A stretch of DNA of 64,000 bases from Bugula neritina (Eukaryota > Animalia > Bryozoa). Positions 52,501 to 64,000 of the stretch are shown one piece after another; the first letter of the stretch is position 1, and each line of letters begins with the position of its first letter. The notes under the pieces are model-generated. The model worked only from the letters and a program-made list of their open reading frames with translations. It ran no database searches and had not been told where the DNA came from. The stretch is from contig OZ037767.1 in assembly GCA_964035545.1 (NCBI GenBank), forward strand, positions 13,377,801 to 13,441,800, written 5' to 3'. The position numbers and the translations under genes are program-made.

Positions 52501-54558
52501 ACAGCCTTTCTCTTTCTATTGCCACTAAGTCTTAGTGATCATTGGTTACACTGACTCGTTATGACTCACCATCAGGCCCTATTACTCCGCATTTGGTGCT
52601 GCAGTCATAAGTTAATACTACTATACTTTAGTACTGGTTATTAGAGGTGAGTACTACTATAAGTGAGCACTTCTAATAGTTGGTACTACAGTCACTGTAT
52701 GTAACTCATCTGTGCCAATTATTCCACTACAGACTCCAGCCTTTATAGAAAACAGGGAATTATACTACGACATACATATAGACTGATATAGTATATTAAC
52801 ACATTTCGTGTACACCTCAATGTGTATATTAGTTTACAGTGTATGTAAGATATGGTTAGTACGGTGCATACCGTAGATATAGTAATATAATTTATCATAA
52901 TTGTTTTGATTTTATGCAATATTTTTGTAATCAACTATTTATTTTATTCTGTTGAAATCAACTTTTGAATCTGGCTATATTTTGAGGTAATGTTGAATTT
53001 TAAAAGCTCTGTATAAATACAGTACCATTCAAATATTGGCTTTAATATTTTGTTGAATTTATAGTTATTTGTATAGTTGTTTGATGATATTTCAATAAAA
53101 ACCGTGATTTTTATTACACTTCTATTTGGATTATTGTGCCATGTGATAGAATTTAAAAAAATGTTTTGGGCATTTATTAGTGAACTTTCTCTCAAAGATA
53201 AATAATTATTTTATATATTTGGAAGACAAGTGTACTAATGTAGTAAGAATATATCAACTTATGTCTAGGGATGTCTTTCCAGCCATCTTATATACCTATA
53301 TATTATAATTAGCACACAATAAAGTGAATAGCATTGGATATGAAACTTCTTAAACTAACCAGGCACTCGTGACGTGTCATATCTTACTTGTTGACGAACT
53401 TGAATATAAATACTAAACTAACGAAAATATCGGCTCCTATTACAATAATACTAATAATCATAAGGAGCATCGTTATATAACCTTCGTGCAGTACTCTAGT
53501 AGCTCCATCAGACTTTGTAAATACTGTATGCATGTGAAACCTATGGGCATTATTCCAGTCATGGTCAACATTATATTGCATAAGTGAAGTAGACACTCGC
53601 ATATTACAATATAAAACATATATCGCTTCGTGATATATAAGGCATCGTCTACACTCTAAAATGACCATTTAGTTTTGCATAAGCCAGAAGGGTGAGTGTT
53701 TTCAAAGACCAAGGTGGGTGAAAATGATAATTACAAATAATAATAATATAATACACCATAGTCCATAGATAAATGATAATAGTCTTGCCAAGTACTTATG
53801 GCATTTGCATGATTGTGTGTAAAACATGTTCTATATCTTGCAGCATAGATTAAATTGACTGGCTAAACTTGAGTTGTGTTCTAAAATTATATGCATTGTT
53901 AAACTTGGACAATATAGAAAAAATTACTTTATATTAGTTTGAAATATTATAATAAATAAATTCTATAACATATTATATTTTTTTGATATGTCAGACGTTA
54001 TGCAGGTTTCTCTGGCCCCCAAAAAGCGAGTGCACTTTAAGAAAGTGGAAACCATATTTGAGAAACTCGACAAATCGATTACTAGAGAACTTCTACCACT
54101 TAAACAGGTCTGATCAAACAGGCTGTGTATACTGTTTACTTGACAATCTAATCACTTCATCAACTTATTAATATTACATATGAATGTTTTATTTTTCAAC
54201 AGCCGAATAAATCTGAGGCCTGGTAATAATATTGTACATGTGGTAAACTTAAATAAACTCCACAGAGTTCAATATTTTTTAAATATCACATTAATAAAAG
54301 ATTCTGCATTTGCATTCTAATATTGAATTTTATTTATTAATTGTAACAGATTGTCATGACAAAACACCCTAAAATTGTATATTATAATAATACTTATGTG
54401 TCATAGAAAAGAAGAAGCAGTAAAAGTTTGATCTTAATACCGACTCCTGTGTTGGGACAGTCTGCTAATGCAAAGCTGTCCAGAAGTCACACTCACCAAA
54501 GTCCTAATAGGAGGTGCAGCACCTCGCGATGTGTGATTGTGTCACATAGACACAAACA

Positions 54559-54672
54559 GTCACATGACATTAGTAACACAGAGCCACATGACACTAGGAA
54601 CATGAAGTCACGTGACGCTAGGATCATGCGGTCACATGACACCAGGAACATGAAGTCACATGACACCAGGAA
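54559..54672. repeat. 24-bp tandem repeat with GTCACATGAC/GTCACGTGAC core
   Basis: Cores at 54559, 54583, 54607, 54631, 54655. Confidence 0.9.
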
Positions 54673-56790
54673 GAAGCAACATAAAATGCTCGATATCCGA
54701 CATAGTAACACACCAGTTACTGTATTATCTGCTAGAGATACCTTACGATCTACGGAGACTGCACTTTCATCAACTTGTTTGGCTTCTGGTATACGTAGGT
54801 ATGCAGGCTACTTAGTGATGACCCTGTGAGCTTGTGTTAAGGTTATATAGCTAAGATGTAAGTCAATTCCATTCTGAATTCAGCATGTTTCAAATAACAT
54901 AAATGCATTACAAACATTGAAATGGCTACAGAAATAGTGAACATTCAAATGCACGAGTTTGGAGCTATAGGGAAATAATAAAACTAACTTGATTGGTAGT
55001 AACTCGTGATAACAGTTTTAAAGTGAAGCATGCCGGCCATGGTCAAACTGTTTTTAGCTGATTCCTTATAATAAAATAGAAAATTATTTTGTTTTCTTAG
55101 TATATTTGCATTGCTGATAATTCGGGAGCAGTGTACTATTACACATCTACCCTGAACTTGCTAAGCTTCTACATGAATTCATACATGTCTTAATTCTAAA
55201 CTCAGGCACACTTCAAGACCATACCATTTACAATCTGCTGATACAAGACACAAACCAAGGGAGACAACCTTCAACAATAAGCCTTTGAAGAATCATGTAT
55301 CGACAAACCCATCAACAGTAGACAACTCTGCTAAAACACAATTATACAAGAGAAGGTAATAATCTTTCCTAATATACTTGAAATTTTCCCATCACATTTC
55401 AGTGTAATAATAACTTTGTTTCTTTCAATTAGGTTGAGTCCTACCAATGCCCACCCTGCCCTATCACCGATTTGTACAGCTTCAACTCTGAGGCTAAAGA
55501 AGACAACTCCAATGAGACATACAAAATAAACAATCTTGCAAAATAGTTTCACTTTCTTACTTTTACTTTTTACTCTCTCAACTTTGATTTTATTCATTTT
55601 TACCCATAAAGTTTATATTTATTAAAACAATATATATTAAAACATTATTTTGTATTAGAAGTCATAATAAAAACATAAATTTGACATGTAAATACACATT
55701 ATACTGTATAGTATCATACTAATGTAGGCTTTATTGCTCAATAAAGTAAAAAGTGGGAAGTGTGAAAACATTTTATTATCCAGCCTGGATATGTCTATAC
55801 ATCACAGAGATTTGTACTGTAGGATTTGTGCCTCTATTTAACAGCTTTAAGCATAAAAAAGATGAGAATAGAATTGATAGGCTAAATGGCAAGTATAGTA
55901 TTCAAGGAAAGATAATTCTGACAATGAGATAGAGAAAAAGGAATAGCTGTAAGCAAAACTACCTATAACCTTGGGCTATCAGATTTTTCATAGAAAAAAG
56001 TTGCATGAGAAGCTACAAAATGTTGAATTACTAAAAGAGTCGTATGTAAAGTTTATACAAGACAAAAAGTAATACAATGTGTAAATGATATGAGAAATGC
56101 GTTAAACCAATTCTAACAAAAGCCGCCACCTCAGCACCATGGAACTGTTACAGTACAATATTTAAATGACTGGCGGATTAATACTTGAGAAATGGAAGAC
56201 TTAGCAGTATTATGTGCTAGAGGGCAAAGACTAACAATAGCCTATAAAAGTAACAAGTGTAAAAATAGAAGCAACATATAGACAAGTTAAATCTTAGTAA
56301 ATGTAGTGTTTCAACTATACAAGTTCCATATTGTTACCCTGTCCATGGGTGTATAACATAGTATCCAGTAGAGGTGTGGAGAGGTACACTGGTGTCATAT
56401 AAGTCTAGACTGCAGAAGATCTATAAATAGAAACAGAATATAAATATATGCAATGTTTACATTTATATGCAATAATCACATAGTAGTTATGAAAACAGGA
56501 TGTAACTCTATGAGAATAAAAGGTGGGAACAGAGCAGCTAAAAGTTTCAACTACATCAACTTTATCTTCCTGTTCACAGAACAAATTTACTCTGTCATGA
56601 TTTGGATTACAAGCATATTCGTTACAGCCTATCATTGGTTGATTGCTGTCCAATCACATCAAGTTTCACTGAGCAGTTTCTTAAACAAATAAAACTGAAA
56701 CGTAGATGTTATTTAATGACGGCTAGCGACAGCGTTAGCTTGATCTCCTATGCAGATGGAGACTTATGACTCAGCCTGTGACATCACGTC

Positions 56791-60669
<3,879 letters not shown>

Positions 60670-60684
<15 letters not shown>

Positions 60685-60855
60685 CTGCAATCACAAAGAG
60701 AATCCCCTGCCAAAATTCTCGTAAGAGAATTTCCTAGTAATTACAAAGAAAATTTATTTGCAATTACAAAGAGGATTCCCTGCAATTACAAAGAGGATTC
60801 CCTAAAAAATTCTCGTAAGAGAAACTCCTTGCAAGTAGAAGGGGAATTCTCTGCT
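60670..60855. repeat. Degenerate ~21-bp tandem repeat (CAATTACAAAGAGGATTCCCTG) across a FECH acceptor
   Basis: Several degenerate units seen directly. Confidence 0.75.
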
Positions 60856-63800
60856 ATGGCAGCTACAAACTAATGCTGCTGCAAAAATCAAAACCATCAG
60901 CAAATAAATTATTTGTGATAACCATACTTACGACTTCCACAACAAACGTTACAATAAAAGATATGGCTTATGGTTTACAGTTATATCTTATTGTAGTGCA
61001 AAAACTTTACTTGATAATTTAGTTTTAAGACCGAATCATGAAATTGATAAACTATCTTAATTTTCATTCAATCTCATGATCCAAAATGTATCAAGTCATC
61101 AACTAATAACTGAACAGCTATTACTATATTAAATACATGCATTTCTCAAGAAAAATAATTTAATGAACTAAAAATACACAATAATCATAAATTTCTCACC
61201 TAATCCTAAAATGTATGAATAATAAAATTCATTTTCTTACCTCAGAATAAACTAAGACAAACACTAAGCTCATTATTGGTATTAGTATTTGGTAGTCAGT
61301 AAAATTTTGATTGCAAAGAAAGTATTGGAAACAGCGTTAAACCTGAAATAACACTAATTTTTGACATGTTAATTAAACTGTTGCTCATAAACACCGCTTT
61401 AATTAGATAAAATATTAAAATACACTTAAAAATTAAAACTAGCATGTTAGTCTGGCTAAAAATTAATGACAAATATCATTTTTTATAAATTTAATAATGA
61501 TTTTTAAATTGAATTTGCGGATATAAAGAAAAGTAAAGGTAAAGCGCAGCACAACCAATATTTTTGCAGCAACCATAATAGTCGGAGTAACAAAACCTGA
61601 TGACGTTGTAGCTCTTTAACTTTGTAACTGTTTGAGTTGGAGTTCGTCTAACTAGACTGAGATAGAATATTAAAGCTAAACTGGGAGTATTTGTATTGAT
61701 GCTATTTTAACTATAACTATATCTAGTAATAGTGAAGAGTAAGACTATCACAACATGAAGTACTAAGTTTTATTTTATCTTATGAAAAATGACAAATGAT
61801 TATTCTAATGATTGTGATGCTACTTACCTAAGTTTGCCATATCAATGAAGGACCAGTCACCTTGCGAGACTGAGTGTGCTAGTGAATGTCGATCAGACTT
61901 AAACTGAAAGTAAAAAAACAAGATGAAAGCCTAAATGGAAAGATTACTAAAAATGAAAACAACATAACTTCGTATTAGTATTACTAGGTAAAATTTAATT
62001 TCAAGCAATAGTTACAATGGTAATACAGACATATTGAGACTGATACTAAATCAAGTTTTACTATAATTATGTTTGGTAATTGAGGTTACTGACGATGCAA
62101 TCAACTATCAGTAGGTCTAATGAATAATAAGATTGAATGAAATTGAACTATAACTAACTGTAAGTGCTAGTATTAGTATAGGTATTGGTATAATTTTATT
62201 AGTATAAGATTAAATATATAACATACCCATTAAATATCAATAATTTACTATGTACCTACATGTATAATTTTAGTATTTCATTATTTAGTGATTAATTTAC
62301 CATGATCATCATAATGATGGCCAAAATTATGATTATGAATATCATAATAATAATAAAATTAATCATACTTGTTAATTTTAAATTTAATTCATGGTTACCA
62401 TTGACATTATGATTATAACAAATATATTCATAAACTAAAATTGCTGATAGTATAAGTAATATTAGTATTATAAACAGTAATACGAATACTTACAGTTATA
62501 CTAAGTATACCAATACTAATACTAATACTAATATAATATAAATAATAAATATAATATTAATTTTAATTATAAACGTAATTTAATTAATCAATACTAATAA
62601 TAATAGTGAATTAGTGCTACTCTTAGTATAACTAAGTCTAACAATAACAGTAACACTAATAGTAATAGTAATACTAATACTAATAGTAACTCAAGCTGTA
62701 AGTTTAAGTCAAGTGTAACTCAAATTCACATACTTATAGTGCTGCTACTGTGTTACTGTTAGTGTTAGTGTCTCTGTTAGTGTTGGTAACTGTAAGTGTA
62801 ACACTAATACGAATAGAGTAATACTCAGTAAGTCAGCAATTGTAACATAACAGTAACAGTAAGTCATAAGTGTAACATTAACAGTATCAGTATGAGTAAC
62901 AGTAACTGCAATTTTAAAAATAAATCATTAAATCATAAATCTAAATGTAATAGTTTAACTTTAAATACAAATTTAAATTAAACTTGAAGTTTAGTTAAAT
63001 TTTTATTTAAAATTAAAATAACAAGGATCAACCTAAAGAAAGATTCAATTTACAGCTAAGAAATTTCATGCAAAAGTGCTTCACTTGAACTTTACAAAGT
63101 TCGATTTATAGAGCTGTCCAGGCCAGTTGTCTATCGAAAGTTTAGCAAAAGAAAGTTGCAATGAAAATGTGGATCCTGTTGTTTTTCCTTTAGTACACGA
63201 ATCACATTGCATAACCATTGTAGAATGTTAAAGACGTTACCGAATTAGAGTTTGTTCAGTATAAACACGATATACCACTTGTCTTTTGTGAAACTCTCTG
63301 ATCGCAATAGCCAAGACAGGACAACCCCAACTCTAATCTGTTGGGGGGTTATGAGGAAATCAATTATAATAGACTATTATATCTTACTAATATGTTGTTA
63401 AACTTAGTTTTTGTTTCATTATTTATGATTTTTACAAGTTATTTAAAAGCATAATGCATGTAATAATATTTTCTCACCATATCCTTGAAGCCATTGAACT
63501 ATCATAAGTTTTAGTTCAGTTGTGATAGATTTTTCCGGAGAACATGGATCCTTGTGAGTAAGAGAAGAGATCAGAAAGGTTTCGAGGTGTATCAATCTAT
63601 ATTAGTGTAGAAGATATAATATACTAGTCTGTATATCCAAGATCTGTCCTTGGCAAGCTCCAGTGCATGGTAGACTGAACTACACTGGAAACTCAACTGC
63701 TTATATACTCTAGAAATCGGGTGCTTTAAACATCGGGAGCCCCGAAGTTCAGACGCCCCCGACTTTTACTAGAAGATTCTACCCGGTCGTTGGGTGAAAT

Positions 63801-64000
63801 TGTACACCCCAAACTTCAGGCGCGCCGAATCGGACTCCTGAATTTCGGTACCTTCCGACTTTGGCTGAAGATCAGATTTACAGCACAAAAGAAATGGACA
63901 GTTAAAAATATAGTTGCAAGAGAAGACAATTTTAAAGTTAGCCCCAAAATCTACTACGCATTGCTTGAAACTTTGACAAAGCTTTTGGAATCCATACTAT

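Noticed and set aside
54428-54829. 133-aa ORF as a gene; repeat as a CRISPR array
   Set aside because: No ATG start or recognisable domain; spacers resemble each other, the context is eukaryotic and there are no cas genes.
61780-63560. Exon-like + strand pieces of a gene divergent from FECH
   Set aside because: Splice-like signals exist but frames are interrupted and no product is recognisable.
63715-63870. GC-richer patch with recurring CCGAA/TTCGG motifs
   Set aside because: Probably a transposon subterminal region, but no TIR or TSD can be defined near the window edge.

Overview
AT-rich, intron-rich invertebrate animal genomic DNA with six spliced genes, most exons traced by hand through GT-AG junctions and phase: spartin (+, 5' end unresolved), a GPI-type ENPP ectoenzyme with altered active-site residues (+), GTPBP2 (-), a DMBT1-like 2xSRCR+ZP protein (-), syntaxin-6 (+; head-to-head with the SRCR-ZP gene) and ferrochelatase (-). 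Mobile DNA includes a 5'-truncated Penelope-like element (RT + GIY-YIG) inserted in a (TA)n tract with inverted pLTRs that each carry a minimal hammerhead ribozyme, five copies of a tRNA-derived SINE (one with an 18-bp TSD), a TTAA-flanked Kolobok-type non-autonomous element, a foldback element and a candidate solo LTR. Less expected: a decayed P2X7-ballast/KolX-like gene nested antisense in STX6 intron 1, a perfect nested palindrome downstream of the GTPBP2 stop, and degenerate 6-bp-periodic tracts concentrated beside promoters. All calls come from reading the sequence; no searches were run.
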